Positions 13,471 to 27,000 of a DNA stretch of 64,000 nt are shown one piece after another. The stretch is from Balanoglossus misakiensis (Eukaryota; Animalia; Hemichordata). How positions within the stretch are numbered: position 1 is the stretch's first letter; each line of letters begins with the position of its first letter. Position numbers and translations under genes: made by a program. Below the pieces are notes generated by a model. It was not told the DNA's origin, ran no database searches, and worked only from the letters and a program-made list of their open reading frames with translations. The DNA lies in NCBI GenBank assembly GCA_040954595.2, contig CM082583.2, forward strand, positions 3,667,060-3,731,059, in the 5' to 3' direction.

Positions 13471-15099
13471 CCCTGGTACTTAGTAATAGCCTGCGTCCAT
13501 TAGAAAGTAGGAGGGCTTCGTGATTCAGAAGAACAAAGATTATGAGCCTAACAAACTGCATAAAGCAATTTGGTCTCTAAGTAAGATGTACCATCTACCT
13601 CAGCTGGCATGACCTCTAGTATACCATATGTTGAAGTACAATGCAATCTCCACTGCACTCATGCTACAATGGCCTGTCTATTCATAATTCCCGAAGAGCA
13701 ATACTCCATGGTTGTACAAGGATTCATCGCATGGTGAGAAACATATGGATCTGGGAGCCTGCTATAAGATAGCTTAGGGTTGAAAGCATGAGTTGATGGT
13801 CTAGCTCAAAGTAGTTTTCAGGAATAGAGTGATCTGTCCTTTCTCTTGGCAAGTATTTTTTCTTGGTTCCCTTGACATTATTTCAAATTGTGTGCATCAG
13901 AAATAAGCCAATTGGCCAGAGAGGCTAATAAAATCATCTCAACACGAACCAAGAAACATAGACAATAGTAAAGAGAAAAGAAAGCTGCCATCATACCCAT
14001 TGAAGATGTAGATTGCAAACTGTGAATGAATTAACTGAGGGAACAGGATCCAGTGAGAGTACATGAGTAATAAAAGGATTTGAGAGAAATAATTAAACAG
14101 AGCTCGTGCCAGGTCAGTTGATGTGGTATTGGCTGTTCTTGTCTCACTGCTACCAACACTACTTGAATGGATAGGCTAATTTATAGTGCTTTCTGGTGAT
14201 ATAGTAAATGACAGAACTGCATGCAGCAGTTCCCACGACATCGAACTAGAATGTCAGGTATGCAGAAATAAAATAGTCAGATCCAATCAAGACTTGTAGT
14301 GAAGCACGAAGGTGGTCGGGTGATTGTCAATACATTTCACTGCATTTTGAGGCCAGGTTGTCATCAAGTTTAGATGACCAAAGGTCTCAGAAAGATGAAG
14401 ACTCACAGCCCACAACCTGACAGACCTGACAATATCAGACATATCAATGACAATACAGGTAAATGGTGTGTCCCATTAGTAATGACACAAGGAAGATGAT
14501 CACTTTGATCAGAGGCTGTATATATACTAGCTGAGAGATGTATCTTAGTGAATACAGGTGGACGTACCCCACAGGGGTACAGTTGTCTGCACGTCCATAA
14601 TATCATATGTACATGTACATGTACCTTTAAAATGATAGTTTCGTAATGTGGAAAGAATAGTATGCCACTGACGGCAGGGAAGTACATTGTAGAAATCCTG
14701 ACAGTGACAACTGCTAAAAATTATAGGGACAGTGCAATATGGGCAAGTGGGAGGGGGAATGTCTGGGTAGCCAATGAGAAACCCATTTTGTAGTACACAT
14801 TTCTGCGTTGCGAGCTGAATGTTGTCTTCCAGGTGGAACTCTGTGGTGATCCATATATTGCAGCTGCGCTGGTGGCTCCACTCATAAACCCGCATTTCTA
14901 AGAGAAGATTCTGCAATATTGAAGTCAGGACACATGGTCCATAGGTGTATGAAAGAAGAAGTGGCAACCAAACCACACACCCACTATGGGTGTAGCAAAA
15001 AGTTTAACTCAAGTAAGAAGCATGAGGGTAATTTACACAAAGGCTAACAAGGTAATAGTACAAAGGATTGCTGTTCCAAGCATTATACGTTTTTCCTCT

Positions 15100-15580
15100 T
15101 ATGTGGTCTCCAAAGATGTTGTACAACATACTGTCTTACGTATGTTCTATAATTTGCGAATGTTTTATCATGAATGTAGACTTCCAATCATTAAGGACGA
15201 ACTCTCAATTTCATGGTACACATTTCCTGAATTTTTACCAGTAAGCGACTCCAAATTCTTTACTGACACCTTGTATCAAAGGGTCAACTGTTATTATTAC
15301 AAATTCTATGATTTAGTCTTCCAAGGCACCACCTAATCTAGTTCTTGAATAAAACTGACTTTCCATGGACTCTCCTCGTCAAGTTATGCATGGCAATCCA
15401 TTGTTAATGACACTGTCTCTACTGGATCGACAGTTAAAGGGGCGGAATCATAACACCAAACAAGTGACCCACAAAAGAGACAAATTGGCGATGACATGAA
15501 GAAATTCACACAAAGTGGTGTCTGCTGGGAGCTGTATCAAACCTCACTGCAAACAACACGTCACAATACCATCCAATATG
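15100..15580 (+). repeat. Old repeat copy, inverted partner of 11330-11830
   Basis: Partner of 11330-11830; the ORF track shows the shared peptide KFTQS..CWELY on opposite strands. Confidence 0.75.
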
Positions 15581-18034
15581 GACCCACAGCCATAGTAGAT
15601 CATATTGTGAAACAAATCAATGAAAACGTGTATCGTAAAGCACACAGTCATGGAACCATGTGTAAACATATTAAATATATTCAAATTCAAAATTGCATGA
15701 CAGAGAATTTTTTTTTTCTGAATGTTCAAGAATTCCTACTCCAAGCTAGGTAGTGGTCATTTGCACATGGTACCCCTGACGTCAAGTGTACTATTTTATC
15801 ATAAAGCACACAGTCAGGGAAGTGTAAACAAAACTAGATATACTCAAAATCAAAGAAAATAAATGGCGGATTGACTAAGTGATCCAATGTAACCTTTTCT
15901 GTACATTATGAAGACAATAATTGTAACTCATAGAAAATACACATCTTTTCTGAATACTGATGGTTTGATGTCAAAGGGGCAATTTGAATCTCTAGTTGTC
16001 ACATTACATGGTTTAAAATACAGCAAATCAAAAAATGGCCCAGAAAAATAAAAGTTGGGATTTCATCAATATTACAAATTAAGATCCCCCTCAAATATAC
16101 CCGACACATTATACATAAACATAAACAGACAGATGAATTGACACAAACACGCTTACACCAAACAAACAAACAAACGAACAGAAATACTTTATACCTATGC
16201 TATACTATAACTACCTAACTCTAAATATAACTAAGAAAATAACTTAATAATAATATACATATATACATAAACTGTTCAGATACAGATGTGTACACTTAAA
16301 TTAACTATATTTACAAAAGAAATATATACAATATAATAATTAGAAAAAGAGTGTATTTACAAAGAGTGTATACAAGTGTATACAAGTACTGGCCCAGTTC
16401 CATCAGTTGGCTCTTGTGCTGATGAGTCGGAAGACAATTGCCTTCGTTGTCCTGAAATTGAGAGGAAAAAGACAATGCAGTTTAAAAGAAGTAACAATAC
16501 CAGACATAGATAGACCTTTTCTCCAAATATCAATAACAATCACTGAAAGCACAGAACAGTGAGCAAACTACAGGTGAAAGAATGTATCAATTAATTTATG
16601 TAGTAGAAGAGATTTTATGTCATGCTAACAGAAATTAAAGGACTTATAACAGAATTGGTGGTGACTTTTTTCAGAAACATTAAAAGATTAAATATTTTAC
16701 AGAAATATTAAGGTGCCTATGACATCGCCTTGATGTCCAATCAAAATATCTTTCATTGAAGCATTTTCCAACATGGGCTACTGTGTCTGTTTGAAATAAA
16801 AATTACACGATAGAGAACTTTGCTGTTTTTCTGAACGCTCAAGAAAGCTGACAAAATTTCCTACTCCTAGTTTGGTAGTGGGCATTTGTACATGTGCATG
16901 TCTACTGGTACAAGTGTACCATTTTGAAAATTACTTCTTTGAGCAGTTATATCCCTATGGAATAAATGAAAATAGAATCCTCATGACAATGATCCGTGCT
17001 CAGTTTTTATGGACTTGTTATTTTGTCCCATTCTAAATGACTTGCTGGGTGTTTTGTTGGATGTTTGTAAAACTTGTCACGAGCAGTAATGAGCAGAAAC
17101 TTGCAGTAATGACCAATAACATCCTAGAAATAGACAGAATGGGTAATCACAGATACTGTGGAAATGATAATCTTTTCCCATTTCACAGTCATCAGAAGTG
17201 ATGCAATCAGTGTCAATTATCATGACCATTTTCACAGAACTTAACATTTGTTTAATTTCATATCATCACCGGAAAATAACAAGTATCTTACTTAACAAAA
17301 CCAGATAGGCATATATGGAAATTTTAAATGATAATAAATACAATATCCAATTTCATATAGCAAATACAGATTCGCCAATATTTTTCTGGAGCCTACAACT
17401 AGTTCCTGGAAAAAGAAAATAACAAATTAACCCAAACACTACAGGTTTCATGACTGTTAAGAGTGTCAAGTCCTTCAAAATATCTGTGTGCCATTTATCT
17501 TCATTTAAACCTATTTTAAACATCTTAGCATGGCTCACATATACAATTTAATGTACTCAGACACACGTTGGAAGTTTGACCCCCACCCCCACCCCCAGTA
17601 AAATGTACCAAATCGTACTGGTTTTCACTAACTTGGATGAGGGTCTCGTATAGGCCCTACCAAGTAACACACACTTGGCAGCCTAACAGACTTATCTATT
17701 AATGCTATGTATTGAGCCTCGTTATTGCTCATTGCTGTTCGTTTTTGCTCCTTGTTAACCATTCTATCTATTTCAAGGTCGTTATTGGTCATTACTCTAG
17801 GTTCTGCTTGTTACAAAACACCTGTGTTTTGTTGGGGTGGCTTTATACATAATTCAACATTACACATAACATGCGCCCTTTTGTGTAATAGAAAATATTC
17901 AAAAAATGTTGCGACGTACAAGTTACAGTGCACAGATGGTTGACTGATCCAGAGTTTTAACTCAAAATGGTTAACTCATATATCAACAAAATGACAGGAT
18001 GTAAAGGTTACACAGGGGTCAAGATTCACCATAC

Positions 18035-21000
18035 CTTGCAGCATTCGGGGCCATTCATTGCATTTTCCATGCGGGTGGTAAATATATCTGCCATATTTAT
18101 CAAAGCTTCTTGCATCTCATCGATATCATGGTGGTACTGCTTCAGCTTATCCCAGCTAAAAGAAACCCAAGACAGTACACTTAACATTTGAGATAGTTGA
18201 TAATAAGCTCAAGACTCAATAAGCTCAAACTCACTCATATTTAAGGACATTACAGATCTTTTTCAGTGATTTCCAGCGTTATTACTAGACACGTATATGC
18301 ACCCTCTTCATGATATTCAAAGAAACTGCCACATTTTTAGTATATACACACAAAAATGAAAGCAAAGACAGCATGAAAACAGACACAATTTAAGGTGGCA
18401 TTGCATGAAAACTTGTGATTTTTGCCAAATTTTACTTTTTTACATAAATCGGTAGGCCTAATACTGACCCACATCCTGACTAATACGTCTTGGCGGAAAT
18501 GGTGCATAATCACCCCAAAATAGCACTTTTCTGAATGAGTTCACAGCTTAACAAATAGGTGTCAACAATGCAAATAGCCGTTTTTCTCAGTTTGCATTTT
18601 TGCTGCTCTTGACAAATTCAGACGAAAATAGCTTCGCTCTGCGTTGGCCGAATTTGCTCAAATTTTAACTGGGGATTGTGTATGACCCATCCAACAAAAC
18701 GGTATTTTTGTTAGTCGATAAAGTGTCCCTGGCGGGAATAAACTCTGATTCAATACAACTCACCGTGAATTTGATCAAATTTTACTAATAATCTAACTTT
18801 CAAACGCTGTTACTCCTCAATGGAAGCAGATAACGCAAAACAAAATTACCTTTTTTTTGCATGTATACTCTATTTTAGAATGACATATTAAGATGCATGA
18901 TGCAGGGTCAACTTTTTCACCTAATTTAAATTTAATGACATAATATCAAAAAATGATTTTTTTTTCACCCAAAACCGCCACCATTTCCGGGGATCAATAT
19001 TTGCAACTCAAACAAAAGTTCAAAAACTCAGCTTCCAGATTATATACGGTTTATGGGGGTTTTAACATTATCTTTGATGAGAAATAGGCCTCTGAAAAAG
19101 TCTCGACGGTTTCATGCAATGCCACCTTAAAAGACATATTCTTCAATGCTGTTCATTTAGTATTTGAATTATTTTATACCTCTTTCACCACATTGGTGGT
19201 TTGATTCGAATATGTTGTTTTCAATTGGAAAAATAGCGTCAAGGACACTGTGGTCCCATTATCGGATTACACAAGTAAAAGTCTCCACCAGAGTACATAT
19301 ACAGACAGACAGACAGACAGACAGACATAAACACACATACTGGTACATGTAATAACGGGCAAACACTGACTGACCCATAAGCTGCCAATGGCATGTGTAC
19401 TGTACACACACCAAATAGAACAGCTAGACTCTTTAACAGTTAGCCAGTTCTGTAAACATGCAGGAATTTGCTGTGTGTATGTTTGTGGTATAAAGACAAA
19501 ATAACCTACAAAACATAACAATTTTGAATTATCTATGATTTGATTCCATTATAATTCTAAAGAAGAGCCAATGTAAGCAAATGCTCTTATGTTTTGCAGC
19601 TCCAATGTACGGCATTGGATCAGACCAACAGATATGGAAGCGTAGTGACATAGACGGTTCCTGGGAAAGCTCACTTCCAGACAGCTGCTGTGTCATAGGC
19701 ATGACAACTCTCAAAGACACAACCATAGTCGCCATCAGTACTGACAAGCGAAGAGGCTCCGTGGACGGGGCCTGTGGCCAACAGCTGCTGCGTGAGAGAC
19801 ATCACCGTGATGCCAGAGTGGCACGCTGGTTGTTCTCGGCGTGGACAACGAACTTTGGACACGCTCCGGAATCGAGGGGACGTGGAGCGGCCCCATACCG
19901 ACCAGCTGCTGCGTCCAGTCCATATCAGCGCTGCCGACGCGACTGGTGAGTTGCTACATGTAGGTGTCGACATGTCAGGCAAATTAACCCGCCGACCTGG
20001 TGTACAGGGCAGCCTGCTCAACCAGGAACACAAACATATTCCCTGATCCTTACTCACAACGAGTGGTCCATCCATCCATCCATCCATCCATCCATCAATT
20101 CATCCATCCATCCATCCATCCATCCATCCATCAGTTTCAGACCCGCATTTCCAACTTATAACTTCCCATTTTTTGCTAATTTCAAAGTTGCATTTTCAAG
20201 ACACGTACTTGGCTTGGCTCAAGTCTGCGATTCAAGTTGCCGTTTCATGTGAAACATTTCAGTGGCATGAACGCGATGGCGGCTGGTTTGAACGCAGACT
20301 AGGCAAAAATAGAAAGAATACAATTTAATGGTACTGCATTGCTACTATGGCAAAATATGTTGGCCTTGTCTTTTGTGTGGTTTTCGATTAGTTTTAGGAT
20401 AATTTTATCACTCTGCAAATTACATCTCAAACAGGAATCAGTAGATATGTTTAAAAACAGATCTACGCGAACATGCTGGTAGGTCTAAAGTCACGACATA
20501 CATGTAGTAGTGTAAGCTTAGACTTGACTGTTGGGCATATAAACGACGATGCAATTTTTTAAAAATCGTTCAGTCAATATCAATCTTCTATCAATTCATA
20601 TGAGCGTATGAATCTTATCAAAACTTTTGATCCATCATTTAATCATTGGACGAATTTGCATCAAAATTTGGATTCGGTTCGCTGGATGTCAGAATATAGG
20701 AATATTGAATTCACCACTAGGCCAACCATTGAGACCAATGGGAAATGAATTATTGGTCTTGTGTCATCTGAGAAGATTCATTACTCAAAGAAGTAAAACA
20801 GCAAGAACACATGTTTTTCCACATAGAATGTGTTTATTAATGCGCACAGACATCAAAAAGCGCCATACTGTTGCACTGAATATTATAGATACATAATATT
20901 CGCCATGGCGTACAGAACATAGTTCGGAACTGAAAATAGTCATTATACTTTGTCGAGGAAATGATTTACAATGTATATGGAACGATCAATGAACGCTTCT

Positions 21001-24000
21001 CGCTATGTAATAATATCCAGGATATCTGAAGAAACCTTGAAAATGACACCGAAGAAATCTTAAAATAAGATAGCATTGGTCTCGGCTATAGCCTTCCGGT
21101 TACGTCACCTGGAGACAAAAAATACACGCGCACATTATGACGTGGAATGAATGAAACCTTGTAAATGTTAATTGGTGGAAGCGAGTATTTAGTTTAAAAA
21201 ATTATATTAAGTAAATGCATTTGAATAGCAGCATTTTTTTCAGAGAGATCATTGTTTAATCAGTACCCATTGTTCAGTTTGTGTGCACTTAAGGTACAGA
21301 TAGGCAGAAAAACTAAATGCTATAGAAGTCCTCCACAAATCTTTTCTATCTAATGTTAAAGTGTATGAAGCGTCGTTTTGAAAACAAAGAGAAAAGCAGG
21401 TAGTTTTGTCGTAAATGATATACATGTACTCACTATTTAATGAATGCAACCGACTTCACACATCGACTGTTCGCTATCTCGCCAACCCAGGCCGTATTGT
21501 ACTGTGGTCGTTGCCACAGTCCACACGTTGTTCCAATACCAATGACTACACCATCTTCGTTGATCGAGACATCACTGACCACACCGTTGTCGTCAACGTT
21601 GGTCCACGTTCCTTCTATGCGAGGCCGGACCCACAGTTTGCCTCCCATACCCACGCCGATGATGCCACCAGACGGCATTGGCGATATGGACTTCACACAG
21701 CAGCTGCCGGCCACGGGACCACTCCATGTCCCCTCCACTGCAGGACGTGTCCACATCTGATTCCCCATACCAATACCAACTATTGTACCATCTGGCATAA
21801 CGGTGACGTCTTTGACGCAGCAGCTGTTGGCCACAGGCCCCACCCAGGCAGCGTCTTCACTGGACTTTGTCCACAGTTGATTGCCAGTACCAACGCCAAC
21901 GATTGTCTTATCTGCCAGGGTTGTCAGGGCTATAACACAGCAACTGTTTGGAATTGGTCCTGTCCACGTACCTTCAATGTCGTCACGCTTCCAAAGCTGG
22001 TTGTCTGTTCCAATACCATACACTGGGGCTGTAGAACAATATAATACAACTTGTTAATATGTGTAACTATCTTTATGCTTTCAGCGCATCTCCAACCACT
22101 GCATGACACTTCAATTGTTACTGCTGTACATGGGGCATCCACCACGTCAGAAATAAAGACATACAGAATTCCATCCGTGGCCCCAGAATGTACAGAGCAT
22201 GGGACTAACATTGATATCCATTCTTTAGAACGGTTCAAACATCATTATTTGAATACCAAGTCAATCAGATGACCACAAGCCATAAGAAACACTTCGGCCA
22301 CAGAAACATGTGAGAGGAAATTCACTGTACTTGTACCATTAATTCTATACTAAGGGTTATACAGCACAAGTGCCAAAGTTCTATTTTATTTGCATGTTAT
22401 TAGAGACAAAACTACATTTTAATAATATGCACTGTATAATTTTAAGCTACTATATTCTATGCATTGTAATTAGATGTAGTACCATTGCCATTTTTTCTTT
22501 CACATACCTGGCGATGTGCTCTCAACATCCCACGAACCTTGGGAAGCTGCAAAACACGAAATAACGTACGAATCAATATTCAAAGACCAAATTATATATT
22601 TTCCCAAGGCAGGTTGACATAATTGATCAATGTCCTACGTGCGGCATACACGACACTGGGCAAGAACATTCTATGCCACAAAATGATTCCACAATCTGCT
22701 ATTCGGGTCAGATGCTTATACTTGTACACGGCAGATTCAATAAACCAACTCACCTGATCTGATGAAGGATACCGATCGAACACATTGACTGTTTGAAATC
22801 TCTCCTAACCAGTGATGAGAATCATAAAACGACCTCTGCCATAAACCACACGTTCCTCCAATACCAATGACCCTCCCATCATCATTGACGGATACGTCAC
22901 TGACAACTCCATCGGTATCAACATTGGTCCACGATCCATCTAAGCGAGGCCGGACCCACAGTTTGCCTCCCATACCAACACCGAGGACGCCACCAGTTGC
23001 TGGCAACGGCGATATAGACTGAACACAGCAGCTAGCACCAACGGGACCACTCCATGTCCCCTCCACTGAAGGACGTGTCCACATCTGATTCCCCATACCA
23101 ATACCAACTATTGTACCATCTGCCATGACGGTGACGTCTTTGACACAGCAGCTGTTGGCCACAGGTCCCTGCCAGGGCTCGTTTGGATTGGTCGATGACT
23201 TGGTGTACAGATAGTTATCATGGCCGACACCGACAACAGAACCGTCATATAGGGTAGTGATAGCGATGACGCAACAACTGTTTTCCAGTGGTCCTACCCA
23301 AGTTCCTTCTATGTCATTTCGTCTGTATACTTTGAAATTGGATCCGACGCCGTAGACTGAGGCTGTGAAAAGAAAGGATTTTACAGATGTATTCACCATA
23401 AATTGAAATTTGGATAAATACCACCATTTAACAACAGTTGACTTGTTTGTCAAAATAATAATGCAGATGTATTGTTTGGTTTTCTGCTGGTTTCACTCTG
23501 TAACTTACCAGGTAATGTCTCTCCAGCAGTGTTCCAAGATACTTGTGGTGCTGAAATGGGAAAAGTACACATTACATGCGGCAATAAACTTTATGGAAAG
23601 CTGAGACGATGGTGATGTAATTTGAATGACAATGAACTTACAATTCAACGAAAGCCACCTGATTATTGTCGTGCAAGAATCGAGAAAATATTATTTACTT
23701 GATTATATTTCATAATTGCTTCATTTAATTCAATATGAATGCACGTGTGTTTTTCTCATAGTGTTTTGAATTGTTGGGTTGATGGGTACGCATTGCAAGC
23801 ACATATTATAAATTTTCAAGAAGATATTACTACAGAAAAAAAAACAGAATACAGAAAACAATAATACAATAGTGCAGTACTTAGCGCTCAATTAGACAGA
23901 AATTTGGGTGCGAAATAAAGAAAATGTACACCGCACGGCGATCTTACAATATATGAGGTTCGAATTAAGGTGTACACAGAATACAATTATAAACCTGTAC

Positions 24001-27000
24001 TTACCTGATCGGATGAAGGATACTGAACGCACACATTGACTGTTTGAAATCTCTCCTAACCAGTGATGAGAATCATAGAACGACCTCTGCCATAAACCAC
24101 ACGATCCTCCAATACCAATGACCCTCCCATCATCATTGACGGATACGTCACTGACAACTCCATCGGTATCAACATTGGTCCACGATCCATCTAAGCGAGG
24201 CCGGACCCACAGTTTGCCTCCCATACCAACACCGAGGACGGCACCAGTTGGCAACGGCGATATAGACTGAACACAGCAGCTTGCACCAACGGGACCACTC
24301 CATGTCCCCTCCACTGCAGGACGTGTCCACATCTGATTCCCCATACCAATACCAACTATTGTACCATCTGGCATAACGGTGACGTCTTTGACACAGCAGC
24401 TGTTGGCCACAGGTCCCTGCCAGGGCTCGTTTGGATTGGTCGATGACTTGGTGTACAGATAGTTATCATGGCCGACACCGACAACAGAACCGTCATATAA
24501 GGTAGTGATAGCGATGACGCAACAACTGTTTTCCAGTGGTCCTACCCAAGTTCCTTCTATGTCATTTCGTTTGTACACGTGGTAATTGGATCCGACACCG
24601 TAGACTGGGGCTTTGAAAACAAAAAAGTTTTACATTATAAATTAAAATACGTGACTAAACTTTACCAGCTTTTCCGTCATAACAATTAATATACATGTGT
24701 AGATGACAAGCTAGGGTTTCTGTTCGGTTGGTTGGTTGGTTGGTTGGTTGGTAGGTTGGTTTTCTTCAAGATTAGTTCTGTAACTTACCTGGTAATGTCC
24801 CTCCAGCGAGGTTCCAAGATACTTGTGTTGCTGAAATTTGACAGACAGTAAATATTACTCAATTGGTGGCCACAAATGTTTCACTCAAATCCCCATTCTC
24901 CGTACAGAGATTGTAGCTGACCTACATTTAGCTAGGGCACTGGCGGCAACAATTATAGTGGTTGCCAGTCAGACCCCTTAGCTAGGTTAAAATGGATCTA
25001 TGCTTACCTGTTCGGATGAAGGATACCGATCGAACGCATCGGCTGGTTGCAATCTCGCCTAACCAGTTGTGGGAGTCATAGAACGACCTCTGCCATAAAC
25101 CACACGTTGTTCCAATACCAATGACCCTCCCATCTCTATTGATAGACACGTCGCTGACAACACCATCGTCATCAACTTTGGACCACGCCCCCTGTATACC
25201 AGGACGGATCCATAGTTTGCCTCCCATGCCCACACCGAGCACGCCAGCGGCTGGCAGTGGCGATATGGACTTCACACAGCAGCTGCCGGCCACGGGCCCA
25301 CTCCATGTCCCCTCCACTGAAGGACGTGTCCACATCTGATTCCCCATACCAATACCAACTATTGTACCATCTGGCATAACGGTGACGTCTTTGACACAGC
25401 AGCTGTTGGCCACAGGTCCCTGCCAGGGCTCGTTTGGATTGGTCGATGACTTGGTGTACAGATAGTTATCATGGCCGACACCGACAACAGAACCGTCATA
25501 TAGGGTAGTGATAGCGATGACGCAACAACTGTTTTCCAGTGGTCCTACCCAAGTTCCTTCTATGTCATTTCGTCTGTATACTTGGTAGTTGGATCCGACG
25601 CCATAAGTCGGTGCTGTGAAGAGAAAGCAAAGTCACGAGTTGCTACAAGTCCAGCTTTGTCAGAAACTGGAATGGGAGTAGATTTTCACAATAAGGAGTC
25701 ACACGTCATAGCCATGTGTGTTACTGTATTCAATTTTAAAATATTTACCTGCATTGCTATAGGAAGTTTGCCAGTTTGACACCTGGGCTGTGAATATAAT
25801 ATGTGTAAATATGTTAGGAAATTATTTCTTTATTCATTGTGTCAATGGGTGAAAATGATAAAAATGCCTAACAATAGTTTGTTAATAAGCTACATGCTGC
25901 GTATATCATCACGTTTCTGGAAATTGGACAATAAACAACAGTAGATACAAAAAACAAAGATACTGAAAACACGGCGCAAACAAATATATCGAACAAAGAG
26001 ATCGTGTCTGAAAACATAATTGTGTGCCTAATTCATAGCAAAAACTTACCATTTCGCATAAATGACACTGAATTGACACATCGACTACTAGCGATTTCGC
26101 CCAACCAGTTATGCGAGTCATACGCAGTTCGCTGCCACAATCCACACGTTCCTCCAATACCGATGACTCTACCATCTCCACCCACGGATATGTCGCTCAC
26201 AACGCCGTCAGTGTCAACGTTGGTCCACGCTCCTTGTACGCCTGGACGGACCCACAGCTTGCCTCCCATACCAACACCGAGCACTCCGCCAGACGGCAAT
26301 GGTGATATGGATTGAACACAGCAGCTGCCGGCCACAGGACCACTCCATGTCCCCTCCACTGCAGGGCGTGTCCACATCTGATTCCCCATACCAATACCAA
26401 CTATTGTACCATCTGGCATAACGGTGACGTCTTTGACACAGCAACTGTTGGCCACAGGTCCCTGCCAGGGCTCGTTCAGTCCGCTGGGGGATTTAGTGTA
26501 CAGGTAGTTGTCAATGCCAATGCCAACAACTGTCCCGTCAGTCAAGGTGGTTATGGACGCCACGCAGCAGCTCTCTCTCAAAGGACCTATCCACGTGCCT
26601 TCAATCTCCGCTCTCTTGTACACGTTTAAGTTAGACCCCACGCCAAGTATAGCTGTAATAACAAGATATAGTTAAAATATGAGTCATGCCCACTAGCTGA
26701 AGCTAAAGAAAGCTGCCATTATATCGAGATCTCGGATAAGCAAAAGCTCTGTTACTAAAAATTGGTTTACCAAGCTATATACAATCCTTAATTTGCATGG
26801 ATAAATGCTATGGTATTGTCGTGAATTCTGAGATACATACCAAACACTTCAGGTGCCTCCGTTGGTGCAACTGTTGGCGCTACTGTTGGCACTGGTGTGG
26901 TCTTCGGTGTTTCCAAGTTAGCTATGGATTTTGTGAAAATACAAAAATAGAATAACAAGGGGTATGCAGTGTCATAGAGCTATATCTATCTATCCATCCA

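Noticed and set aside
12660-14600. Possible FEM-1/ankyrin-like relic (e.g. TPQGYSCLH, CKFP.L)
   Set aside because: The motifs are short, out of order and broken by stops, so they are not supportable without a translated search.
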